Source: Vibrio alginolyticus NBRC 15630 = ATCC 17749
GTDB taxonomy: Bacteria > Pseudomonadota > Gammaproteobacteria > Enterobacterales > Vibrionaceae
Reading direction: 5' to 3'
Length of the DNA stretch: 32,000 nucleotides
Assembly: GCF_000354175.2 (NCBI RefSeq)
Contig: NC_022349.1
Location: 2,700,001 to 2,732,000 of the forward strand
Shown here piece after piece: positions 20,816-29,743 of the stretch (position 1 is its first letter; every line of letters starts with the position of its first letter). The notes beneath the pieces were generated by a model that did no database searches, was not told the DNA's origin, and was given only the letters and a program-made list of their open reading frames with translations. Made by a program: the position numbers and the translations under genes.

Positions 20816-21613
20816 ATGAGGTTAACAAAACAATTTGGACGTTCAGCCATAGTATTTACTCTGGTCAGCTTGTCGGGTTGTCAGCTGTTTCAATCGCAGA
20901 CCTATGTGGAAGTGGCTTCCCCCGTTGTTATGAATAATCACTCACAGAGCGTCATGGTCATCAATGATCAAATGGATCGATTTTTGAGTTATGAAGGACG
21001 CGAATCGTTCTTGAATCAGATGCTTGTTGCCCTTGAGTCTGACAGCCGAAATAAGTTTAAAGGTAAAGATCCGGAAACGTATTCTTGGTGGAAGATCCGT
21101 GTCCAGCCTAGTGAGAAACAGCAAGCGGAAGTTTTCCGACCAACCACTGAAGGTGTCGATACCTCAAACCCAGTAGAGTTTATGGATGTCTCTTACCGCT
21201 CTAAGACCACATTAAACCTACGCTCCAAACCGAGTCTTGAAGGGGCAAAGCTTGGCGTATTATCGAAAGGGGAAGTCTTTAATGTGCTAGCAAAAGTGGT
21301 TGATCAACCTTGGTTTCTCGTTGAACAGAAAGGAGTGATAAAAGGTTATGTCCATAAGGATTATGCGCGCAGCAATGTGATAAATCGTGACATTTTATCT
21401 ACTCAGCCTAACCCTCTACTAGAGCCTAAATCGAGTAAAACGGAGCAAACGAGTATAGAGCATGAACTGTCGGGAAACTATACTTGCCGCTCACTGAGCT
21501 ATGAGCTTACAAAAGATGGCGACATGACGACGGGCTCTTTGCGCGCCTGCCGCAAGAAGAGAAAAGTCTGGTATATAGACACCCCTCAACCGCAACCAGC
21601 AAACCCTTCTTAA
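20816..21613 (+). CDS. SH3 domain-containing lipoprotein (uncharacterised)
   Basis: From the ATG at 20816 (AGGGAAAG upstream) the sequence reads MRLTKQFGRSAIVFTLVSLSGC, a lipobox LSGC. There is a bacterial SH3-like segment (LNLRSKPSLEGAKLGVLSKGEVFNVLAKVVDQPWFLVEQKGVIKGYVHKDY) and a C-terminal Cys pair. Confidence 0.7.
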   Translation: MRLTKQFGRSAIVFTLVSLSGCQLFQSQTYVEVASPVVMNNHSQSVMVINDQMDRFLSYEGRESFLNQMLVALESDSRNKFKGKDPETYSWWKIRVQPSEKQQAEVFRPTTEGVDTSNPVEFMDVSYRSKTTLNLRSKPSLEGAKLGVLSKGEVFNVLAKVVDQPWFLVEQKGVIKGYVHKDYARSNVINRDILSTQPNPLLEPKSSKTEQTSIEHELSGNYTCRSLSYELTKDGDMTTGSLRACRKKRKVWYIDTPQPQPANPS

Positions 21614-21765
21614 TGTTCTATTTTTATGGTTATGCCCAATAGATAAATTGTTGGGCACACCTTAATTTGGCCTTTGTCATTAATTGTCCAAATTCCCGTC
21701 ATGCTGTTGTCACCTAAACCTCCTACTTTTCACACAAAGGTGTTGTCAAAGTAAGGAAAGGTCAC

Positions 21766-22314
21766 ATGCGAACCATAGAGACAATTACACAGCCAATTGC
21801 AACCATTGCTAAGTTTGATTTAGCGCTCTCTAGTGTTTGTCTTAAGCACCGTTTTAATCAAAAAGTCGCCAATATCAGCAAAGGAGTCTCCCACAGTGGT
21901 GACGGGCACCTTTACTTGGTGTTGGGTTTATTAGCTTGGTATTTAGATAAGGAGCAAGGAGTCTGGTTTTTACTGGCGGGTTTACTTGCTTTTGCTATCG
22001 AGCTACCAATTTATTGGACGCTGAAAAATAGTTTTAAGCGTCGTCGCCCTGAAGAGCTTAGTGCACTCCTTCCTGCTTTTATTACTCCCTCTGATCGCTA
22101 CAGTCTTCCTTCAGGACACACTGCCGCTGCGTTTGTCATGGCGACGCTGATTGACCATTTCTATCCGAGCCTAGGCGTTGCTGCATTCTTTTGGGCAAGT
22201 TTAATCGGAACCGCGCGAATCTTATTGGGTGTGCACTTTTTTACCGATGTCATCATTGGTGCACTGCTTGGCAGTCTTTGTGGTGGATTAGCGATTGCGA
22301 TGTTAGGAGGCTAA
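21766..22314 (+). CDS. PAP2-family membrane phosphatase
   Basis: The three acid-phosphatase motifs are present: KRRRP, PSGH and ARILLGVHFFTD. There are multiple TM helices. Confidence 0.85.
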   Translation: MRTIETITQPIATIAKFDLALSSVCLKHRFNQKVANISKGVSHSGDGHLYLVLGLLAWYLDKEQGVWFLLAGLLAFAIELPIYWTLKNSFKRRRPEELSALLPAFITPSDRYSLPSGHTAAAFVMATLIDHFYPSLGVAAFFWASLIGTARILLGVHFFTDVIIGALLGSLCGGLAIAMLGG

Positions 22315-22317
22315 TTG

Positions 22318-23364
22318 ATGAAAATCTTGTACGGTGTTCAAGGGACAGGAAACGGACATATTGCACGCGCAAGGGCGATGAGTCATGCGTTTAAAGAGCA
22401 CAATGTTGAGGTCGACTTTTTGTTTTCTGGGCGAGCGCCGGAAAAATACTTTTCAATGGAAGCATTTGGCGATTACCAGACTCGCCGAGGCTTCACCTTT
22501 ATTACCGAAAAAGGCTCTGTAAACTACGCGAAAACAGCATTGAATAACAATTTGGTGCAGTTTTTCAAAGAAGTTAAGCAACTCGAACTGTCGTCCTACG
22601 ATCTTATCATTAATGATTTCGAACCTGTGACTGCGTGGGCAGCCAGACAACAAAATAAGCCTTCTATTGGTATCAGCCACCAAAATGCTTTCCGTTATCC
22701 GGTGCCACTAAAGGGAGCAAGTTGGTTAGATAAATCCGTCATTGAATACTTTGCGCCTTCTCAACACCACCTTGGTTTGCATTGGCATCATTTTGATCAA
22801 CCTTTGTTACCACCGATAGTGCATACCGTCGATAGCCAAGCAGAAAACGACGACTTCGTGTTGGTGTATCTACCGTTCGAATCGATTGAAGATATCTCGG
22901 ACTTATTGTTCCACTTTAATCAACAAGCGTTTATCTGTTATCACCCGGATGTGATCGAATGTGAGCAGGTAGAAAACATAGAACTGCGCCCTTTATGCCA
23001 CAGCAACTTCCAGCATCATTTGCATCGCTGTAGTGGTGTCATTGCTAATGGTGGGTTTGAGCTTCCTTCAGAAGCCTTGTCTTTGGGGAAAAAATTGTTA
23101 CTAAAGCCACTCGCGGGTCAATTCGAGCAGCAGAGCAATGTTGCGACCTTAGAAGATTTAGGGCTTGCGATGTCGATGGAGAGCTTAGACATTTCCGCAG
23201 TACGCCAGTGGCTAAAGGAGCAACAAGCCGAAAGTGTGAAATACCCAGATGTTGCTCAGGCTATTGTTCATTGGGTACTGCAAGGTGCATGGGATTCAAA
23301 AGCAGAGTTATCCAGACAGCTGTGGGAGCAGGTTGATTTTCCAAGTTACGTGTCGAACATTTAA
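22318..23364 (+). CDS. Glycosyltransferase family protein (MJ1255/TIGR00661-like, GT28-related)
   Basis: The N-terminus MKILYGVQGTGNGHIARARAM is typical of this family. The ATG at 22318 has GGAGG 7 nt upstream and lies 3 nt after the PAP2 stop. Confidence 0.8.
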   Translation: MKILYGVQGTGNGHIARARAMSHAFKEHNVEVDFLFSGRAPEKYFSMEAFGDYQTRRGFTFITEKGSVNYAKTALNNNLVQFFKEVKQLELSSYDLIINDFEPVTAWAARQQNKPSIGISHQNAFRYPVPLKGASWLDKSVIEYFAPSQHHLGLHWHHFDQPLLPPIVHTVDSQAENDDFVLVYLPFESIEDISDLLFHFNQQAFICYHPDVIECEQVENIELRPLCHSNFQHHLHRCSGVIANGGFELPSEALSLGKKLLLKPLAGQFEQQSNVATLEDLGLAMSMESLDISAVRQWLKEQQAESVKYPDVAQAIVHWVLQGAWDSKAELSRQLWEQVDFPSYVSNI

Positions 23365-23413
23365 GTACGTTGTTCTAAGTACATTGTTCCTTCCATTTTT
23401 GACACGATTTTGT

Positions 23414-23446
23414 TGCAGCCTTTCTGTTTGGAAGGCTGCATTTTTA
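23414..23446 (+). terminator. Rho-independent terminator after the glycosyltransferase
   Basis: TGCAGCCTT tctgtttgg AAGGCTGCA followed by TTTTT. Confidence 0.7.
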
Positions 23447-23919
23447 TTCTTCCTCTCTCATTTCTATTCAGTGTGTATTTGCTGATAATTTGACTGATAA
23501 GTGCAAAATTCAATCAGAGATATAGCTGTCATCTGTTGTTCTTATTCCAACTAATAACTTAGCTAAATGCATGCTTGTGTTGACCGCCTGTCCTATCAAT
23601 TTGCTAAATACGTCCTCAAAGAATGCATTTTTACGTGTTTTATAGTTTTTTATGTTTTTATCAAGTCTTTGTTATTTAACAAATAAATACCTAATTGGCT
23701 AAAATTTACTGATTAAATATCAATCTAGTTGCGAAACCGCAATCGATTAGTTGATAGTACAGTTCGAGCCGGAAGTATCCGGACGATAAATATAATAAAA
23801 AGTTAGGTTATCTATTCGTAAAATGATTCGAATCCAGCCGCCGTCTTTTGTGCGAGATGGGATTCTATTCGTTATGAATTTAATGAACAAAGTTGACGAT
23901 TACAAAAGAGGCGCACTCA

Positions 23920-24879
23920 ATGTTAGAGAAGAAAGACGCGATGAGCGCAATTGCTAGCTACCGTATGGAAAGCACTTTGCGTGGTGTAGATTTAAACCTA
24001 CTGACAGTATTTGATGCTGTAATGCAAGAGCAAAATATTACTCGTGCAGCACATAACCTAGGCATGTCTCAACCGGCGGTAAGTAACGCCGTGGCACGCT
24101 TAAAAGTGATGTTTAACGACGAGCTATTCATGCGCCAAGGCCGTGGTATTCAGCCTACGCAACGAGCACGTCAACTGTTTGGTCCTATTCGCCAAGCACT
24201 GCAGCTGATTCGCAATGAACTTCCTAGCTCCGTATTCCAGCCAGAATCTTCGACTCGCTTATTCAAGCTTGCGATTTGCAGCCCTTGTGACATGCGTTTT
24301 GCTCCGAAGATCATGGCAAAAGTGAATCAACAAGCACCAAACGTTCAGCTTCATCTAGATGCAGAATTTGACCGTTTGTTGTCTGAGCGTATGCGCTACC
24401 AAGAAATTGATTTCGTGATCGACTACGCTCGTTTTGATGAGCAAGGTTTCTCAAGTACTGAAATCTTCAAAGATGAATTAGTGGTTATCGCATCAAAAAC
24501 CCACCCACGCATTCAAGGTGGTGTGACGGCTGAGCAACTGCTTAACGAAAAGCATGCGAAGTTATCGAAAGTGCATGGCCAACGTAGTTTCTCAGAGCAA
24601 GCGTACCGTGAACTGGATTGCCAAGCGGCGTATGAAGGTTCTAGTTTAAGCAACCTACTATACGTGGTGGGTCAATCTGAGCTTGTGACTATTGCACCAC
24701 GTTGGATGGCGGAAAATGCGGTAAACAGCGATCAACTGCAAATTCTTGATTTCCCATTTGCGAACAAAGAAATCAGCGGATTCTTAAGCTGGCATGAATC
24801 AAGTGAAAAAGATAAAGGCCACATTTGGCTACGCGATCAACTGATGATCACTTGTGGTGAAGTCGTTGCCGCAAAATAA
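23920..24879 (+). CDS. leuO: LysR-family transcriptional regulator LeuO
   Basis: LRGVDLNLLTVFDAVMQEQNITRAAHNLGMSQPAVSNAVARLKVMFNDELFMRQGRGIQPT is close to the enterobacterial LeuO HTH region. It sits between leuA and ilvIH. The ATG at 23920 is preceded by AAAGAGG; the track start at 23893 is a TTG. Confidence 0.88.
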   Translation: MLEKKDAMSAIASYRMESTLRGVDLNLLTVFDAVMQEQNITRAAHNLGMSQPAVSNAVARLKVMFNDELFMRQGRGIQPTQRARQLFGPIRQALQLIRNELPSSVFQPESSTRLFKLAICSPCDMRFAPKIMAKVNQQAPNVQLHLDAEFDRLLSERMRYQEIDFVIDYARFDEQGFSSTEIFKDELVVIASKTHPRIQGGVTAEQLLNEKHAKLSKVHGQRSFSEQAYRELDCQAAYEGSSLSNLLYVVGQSELVTIAPRWMAENAVNSDQLQILDFPFANKEISGFLSWHESSEKDKGHIWLRDQLMITCGEVVAAK

Positions 24880-24941
24880 GATGACGTTTGGTCTTCTCGA
24901 TTAGACCATATTGGTAATCATCAATTTTTACAATTCATTGG

Positions 24942-24975
24942 TCCCCGAGCGATTTTTGTCTCTCGGGGCTTTTTG
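24942..24975 (+). terminator. Rho-independent terminator after leuO
   Basis: TCCCCGAG ... CTCGGGG followed by CTTTTTGTTTT. Confidence 0.7.
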
Positions 24976-25087
24976 TTTTCGTAATAAACAATCTAAACAG
25001 TAAGTTAAATAGAGTAATCATTCAGCAATTTTAGGTACGTTCGCGACGTATAAGTGATAGTTGTCTCTTATTAGTGATAAGTTTGAT

Positions 25088-25103
25088 ACTGGTCAGTTGC
25101 GTT
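25088..25103. promoter_or_regulatory. Possible FadR-type operator
   Basis: ACTGGTCAGTTGCGTT compared with the FadR consensus ACTGGTCNGACNTGTT. The left half is perfect and the right half is degenerate. It lies 70 nt upstream of the acyl-CoA ligase ATG. Confidence 0.3.
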
Positions 25104-25172
25104 TTAGCAAGCCGTGAGTACACTTGTTCGCTCAATTAGCTTACGCCTGTAAGCCAAAAGGTAAGTAAAAGA

Positions 25173-26981
25173 ATGGCCAAGTTAGATTTTCATATCGTTA
25201 AACGTATTCGTGAACAAATTGCGAACGGTGGTACACGCGTTGCACTCAAGCATAAAGTGGGTGAGGAGTGGCAAGGTATTACGTGGACGCAATTTGGTCA
25301 GCAAGTTGATGCTTTATCACTTGCACTTTTGGCTCAGGGATTAGGAGTCCAAGATAAGATCGGCATTTTCTCGAACAACATGCCGCAATGGACGATCGCT
25401 GATATCGCAGCACTGCAATTACGCAGCGTGACAGTACCTATTTACCCAACCAATACTGCCGCCCAGTCGGCGTACATCATTAACAATGCAGACGTCAAAG
25501 TTCTGTTTGTTGGTGAACAGCCTCAATTTGATGCAGCAGTGAGCATTTTCGACCAGTGCGAACAGTTAGAGCTCATTGTTGCGATGTCTGATGATATAGA
25601 ACTTGGCGAGCATGATTTCGTTATCTCTTGGCAAGCATTTGTTGCCAAAGGCGACGCTACATATCAAGTTGAATTGGACGCGCGTTTAGATCAGGCAAAA
25701 GAAGATGATCTACTCACGCTGATCTACACCTCGGGTACAACAGGCCAGCCAAAAGGCGTTATGTTGGACTACGCAAACATTGCGGCGCAATTGGAAGGGC
25801 ACGATCAGCGCTTGAGCCTTTCTCAAAGTGACGTGTCATTATGTTTCCTTCCGTTATCACACGTATTTGAGCGCGCTTGGACCTTTTATGTATTGTACAA
25901 AGGGGCGACCAACTGCTATTTGCAAGACACCATGCAAGTACGTGATGCACTGAGCCAGGTGCGACCTACCGTGATGTGTGCCGTACCGCGTTTCTATGAG
26001 AAGATCTTCTCTGCGATTCATGAGAAAGTGTCTCGCGCGCCGATTCATCGTAAGATCATGTTTACTTGGGCAGTCAACATGGGCGCAAAAATGGCCGCTT
26101 GTCATCAAGAAAAACGTCAGCCATCGCTCTTGCTGCGTAAGTCATACGCTTTGGCGGATAAGTTGGTTCTGAGCAAACTGCGTGCGCTACTTGGCGGGCA
26201 AATCAACTTTATGCCTTGTGGTGGTGCAAAGCTGGATGAAACCATCGGTCGATTCTTCCATGCGATTGGTATCAACGTTAAGTTGGGCTACGGCATGACT
26301 GAAACCACGGCGACAGTATCGTGTTGGGATGATAAATGTTTTAACCCCGACTCTATTGGTATGTCGATGCCTGGCGCACAGGTTAAGATTGGCGAAAACA
26401 ACGAGATTCTGGTTCGTGGTCCAATGGTGATGCGTGGCTATTACAAAATGCCAGAAGAGACGGAAAAGACCTTTGATGAGCACGGTTTCCTAAAAACGGG
26501 CGACGCTGGTTACATTGATGAAAATGGCAACTTGTTCATCACCGATCGTATCAAAGAGTTGATGAAAACTTCAGGTGGTAAATACATCGCTCCACAAATG
26601 ATTGAAGGTGCGATTGGTAAAGACCACTTCATCGAGCAAATCGCAGTCATTGCGGATACTCGTAAGTTTGTTTCTGCGCTTATCGTGCCTTGTTATGACT
26701 CGCTAGAAGAGTACGCGAAAGAGCTGAATATCAAATATCACGATCGCGTTGAGTTGATTAAGCACCACCAGGTGGTCGAAATGCTTGAGAAGCGGGTGAA
26801 CGATCTTCAAAAAGAGTTGGCAAAGTTTGAACAAGTGAAGAAGTTTAAACTGTTACCAAGAGCTTTCTCTATGGATGATGGTGAGTTAACGCCAACTCAA
26901 AAACTTCGTCGTAAAGTCATCAATGACAAATACCAAGATGAAATTGAAGAAATGTATAAGGAAAAGTCGGATAAAAAGTAA
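25173..26981 (+). CDS. Long-chain-fatty-acid--CoA ligase (AMP-dependent synthetase family)
   Basis: 602 aa with adenylation motifs [20 protein letters not shown] and [34 protein letters not shown]. Confidence 0.88.
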   Translation: MAKLDFHIVKRIREQIANGGTRVALKHKVGEEWQGITWTQFGQQVDALSLALLAQGLGVQDKIGIFSNNMPQWTIADIAALQLRSVTVPIYPTNTAAQSAYIINNADVKVLFVGEQPQFDAAVSIFDQCEQLELIVAMSDDIELGEHDFVISWQAFVAKGDATYQVELDARLDQAKEDDLLTLIYTSGTTGQPKGVMLDYANIAAQLEGHDQRLSLSQSDVSLCFLPLSHVFERAWTFYVLYKGATNCYLQDTMQVRDALSQVRPTVMCAVPRFYEKIFSAIHEKVSRAPIHRKIMFTWAVNMGAKMAACHQEKRQPSLLLRKSYALADKLVLSKLRALLGGQINFMPCGGAKLDETIGRFFHAIGINVKLGYGMTETTATVSCWDDKCFNPDSIGMSMPGAQVKIGENNEILVRGPMVMRGYYKMPEETEKTFDEHGFLKTGDAGYIDENGNLFITDRIKELMKTSGGKYIAPQMIEGAIGKDHFIEQIAVIADTRKFVSALIVPCYDSLEEYAKELNIKYHDRVELIKHHQVVEMLEKRVNDLQKELAKFEQVKKFKLLPRAFSMDDGELTPTQKLRRKVINDKYQDEIEEMYKEKSDKK

Positions 26982-27015
26982 CTTAAGCTGACTTAGATTT
27001 TATATTGATGAAAAA

Positions 27016-27054
27016 ATCCCCAGTGATGTGATCGCGCATTGCTGGGGATTTTTG
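27016..27054 (+). terminator. Rho-independent terminator after the acyl-CoA ligase
   Basis: ATCCCCAG ... CTGGGGAT followed by TTTTGTTT. Confidence 0.65.
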
Positions 27055-27430
27055 TTTGCATTGATTTTTTCTGCTTTGCTCGTCAAATAACGCTATTTCG
27101 CACCCTATAGCTAAAACCTTATGAAATAATGTTCTTTTTTTGAGCGTTAATTTTTTAGGTTGTACTGTGAAATAGGAGATGTGTGGCTGCTATTCCTACT
27201 AACATTCTAATTACTAGTATCTTGTTTAAAAAGTAGACCAATCTCTCATTAGACCCTTTGATAATAAAACGTTACATTTGTTGGGTAACCTTGCGGGATG
27301 TTATGACGAACGCAAGACATAGCCGAAAACGTGGAAGTATTTCGATTAGGCTACGAATAAGACCTAGACTATGTAAAACCAGACCAATCCGTTGACCTTA
27401 CGGTGAGGAAACTGGCTAAGGAGAGCAATT

Positions 27431-29155
27431 ATGACAGCAATGTTGTCAGGCGCAGAGATGGTGGTTCAATCTCTGATAGAAGAGCACGTAGAGCAGATCT
27501 TTGGCTACCCAGGTGGCTCTGTTTTGGATATCTACGATGCACTGCATGCCAAAACCGATCAAATCAAACACGTACTTGTAAGGCATGAGCAAGCCGCCAC
27601 TCATATGGCAGATGGTTACGCTCGAGCTACCGGTAAACCGGGTGTCGTACTTGTGTGCTCGGGGCCGGGCGCGACCAATACCATTACGGGTATTGCAACC
27701 GCGTATATGGACTCTATCCCAATGATCGTTATCTCGGGTAACGTACCGAATAGCCTAATTGGTAATGATGCTTTCCAAGAGTGTGACATCGTCGGTGTCT
27801 CCCGCCCAGTGGTCAAACACAGCTTTTTAGTAAAAAAAGCGGAAGATATTCCTGAAACAATCAAAAAAGCGTTTTATATCGCGACTACAGGTCGACCTGG
27901 TCCAGTTGTGATTGATTTGCCAAAAGATGTGATGAACCCGCAAATCAAACTGCCTTATCAATATCCAGAAACGCTTTCAATGCGTTCTTACAAGCCGACA
28001 ACTTCGGGCCATAAAGGCCAGATTAAAAAAGCGCTTAAATCGCTATTAGAAGCGAAAAAACCAGTGCTTTATATCGGTGGTGGTGCGGTGATTTCTGGCG
28101 CTCATGAACATATTTTAGAGCTTTCCGACAAACTGAACCTACCCGTTGTGAGTACTTTGATGGGCTTGGGGGCATTCCCGGGTACACATAAAAACTCACT
28201 GGGCATGTTGGGTATGCACGGCACTTACGAAGCTAATATGGCAATGCATGAAGCGGATCTTATTTTTGGTATAGGTGTGCGTTTTGATGACCGTACAACC
28301 AACAACCTTGAAAAGTACTGCCCAAACGCAAAAGTGATGCATATTGATATCGATCCGTCATCGATCTCGAAAAACGTGAAAGTGGATTTGCCGATCGTAG
28401 GTTCTGCGGAAAAAGTGCTGACAACCATGCTCGGGCTGCTTGCAGAGCAAGGTAGTGGAAATGATCAAGGTGCTATCACTGCATGGTGGGATGACATTCA
28501 AGTATGGCGTGACCGCAACTGCTTGTCTTATGAAACGTCTCCAGAACGAATCAAGCCACAGCAAGTAATTGAAACGCTGCACAAGCTAACTAATGGTGAC
28601 GCATATGTGGCGTCTGATGTGGGCCAGCATCAGATGTTTGCGGCGCTGTACTACCCATTCAATAAGCCGCGCCGTTGGATAAACTCTGGTGGTCTTGGCA
28701 CCATGGGATTTGGTCTTCCGGCTGGCATGGGCGTGAAGTTTGCCATGCCACAAGAAGAGGTCGTGGTTGTGACTGGTGACGGCAGTATTCAGATGAATAT
28801 TCAAGAATTGTCGACAGCCATGCAATACGACATTCCAGTGAAGATCATCAACCTGAACAACCGATTCTTAGGCATGGTAAAACAGTGGCAAGACATTATT
28901 TATCAAGGTCGTCACTCTAATTCTTACATGAGTTCTGTTCCTGACTTTGCAGCGATTGCAGAAGCTTATGGTCACGTCGGTATTCGTATCGAAACGCCTG
29001 ATCAGCTCGAAGAAGGGCTACAAAAAGCGTTGGATATGAAAGATCGTCTGGTGTTTGTGGACATCAACGTAGACGAAACCGAACACGTATACCCGATGCA
29101 AATCAAAGGTGAGGGTATGGATAAAATGTGGCTAAGCAAAACGGAGAGAACTTAA
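27431..29155 (+). CDS. ilvI: Acetolactate synthase III large subunit
   Basis: 574 aa ThDP enzyme ([14 protein letters not shown]..., [14 protein letters not shown]). AAGGAG lies 7 nt upstream. It is followed directly by ilvH. Confidence 0.95.
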   Translation: MTAMLSGAEMVVQSLIEEHVEQIFGYPGGSVLDIYDALHAKTDQIKHVLVRHEQAATHMADGYARATGKPGVVLVCSGPGATNTITGIATAYMDSIPMIVISGNVPNSLIGNDAFQECDIVGVSRPVVKHSFLVKKAEDIPETIKKAFYIATTGRPGPVVIDLPKDVMNPQIKLPYQYPETLSMRSYKPTTSGHKGQIKKALKSLLEAKKPVLYIGGGAVISGAHEHILELSDKLNLPVVSTLMGLGAFPGTHKNSLGMLGMHGTYEANMAMHEADLIFGIGVRFDDRTTNNLEKYCPNAKVMHIDIDPSSISKNVKVDLPIVGSAEKVLTTMLGLLAEQGSGNDQGAITAWWDDIQVWRDRNCLSYETSPERIKPQQVIETLHKLTNGDAYVASDVGQHQMFAALYYPFNKPRRWINSGGLGTMGFGLPAGMGVKFAMPQEEVVVVTGDGSIQMNIQELSTAMQYDIPVKIINLNNRFLGMVKQWQDIIYQGRHSNSYMSSVPDFAAIAEAYGHVGIRIETPDQLEEGLQKALDMKDRLVFVDINVDETEHVYPMQIKGEGMDKMWLSKTERT

Positions 29156-29156
29156 T

Positions 29157-29651
29157 ATGAGACACATTATTTCATTGCTATTGGAAAACCAACCGGGTGC
29201 GTTGTCTCGTGTTGTTGGTTTGTTCTCTCAACGTGGTTACAACATTGAATCTTTGACGGTATCACCGACTGATGATGAAACCCTGTCGCGAATGAACATT
29301 ACCACGACATCTGATGAGATGCAGTTGGAACAAATTCAGAAGCAGTTACACAAATTGATCGATGTGCTGAAAGTGCAAGAAGTCACCGAGTATGAGCACA
29401 TTGAGCGTGAACTGATGATGGTGAAAGTGAAAGCCAGTGGTTTTGCGCGAGCAGAAGTGAAGCGGACGGCAGACATCTTTCGTGGCCAGATCGTGGATGT
29501 CACGGCTTCCCAATACACCGTACAACTTGCGGGTACGAGTGAAAAGCTAGATGCCTTCATTCAAGCGATATCCGAAGTGACCGAAGTTGTCGAAGTTGCT
29601 CGTAGTGGTGTCGTTGGCATTGCGCGAGGAGAGCGAGCTCTCAAACCTTAA
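29157..29651 (+). CDS. ilvH: Acetolactate synthase III small (regulatory) subunit
   Basis: 164 aa with an ACT domain. MRHIISLLLENQPGALSRVVGLFSQRGYNIESLTV is canonical IlvH. Confidence 0.95.
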   Translation: MRHIISLLLENQPGALSRVVGLFSQRGYNIESLTVSPTDDETLSRMNITTTSDEMQLEQIQKQLHKLIDVLKVQEVTEYEHIERELMMVKVKASGFARAEVKRTADIFRGQIVDVTASQYTVQLAGTSEKLDAFIQAISEVTEVVEVARSGVVGIARGERALKP

Positions 29652-29671
29652 CTCTCTGATTGCATATAGAA

Positions 29672-29698
29672 AAGCCACTTAATCTAAGTGGCTTTTTT
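29672..29698 (+). terminator. Rho-independent terminator after ilvH
   Basis: AGCCACTTA atc TAAGTGGCT followed by TTTTTT. Confidence 0.7.
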
Positions 29699-29699
29699 G

Positions 29700-29727
29700 T
29701 TTAGAAAATAACAATTAATGATATAAT
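29700..29727 (+). promoter_or_regulatory. Candidate promoter of the diguanylate cyclase gene
   Basis: A perfect TATAAT (29722-29727) sits inside the inverted repeat ACAATTA-n6-TAATTGT (29712-29731). TTTAGA lies 16 nt upstream. Confidence 0.4.
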
Positions 29728-29743
29728 TGTCGTTTTAGTAAGC

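Noticed and set aside
23249-23485. A 78-aa plus-strand ORF overlapping the glycosyltransferase 3' end and running through its terminator.
   Set aside because: It is out of frame with the GT gene and reads through a strong terminator hairpin. Its Phe/Cys/Leu-rich translation reflects AT-rich DNA.
27403-27588. A 61-aa ORF overlapping the ilvI start in another frame.
   Set aside because: The ilvI frame is unambiguous and has its own AAGGAG. The alternative frame is Arg/Cys-rich with no support.
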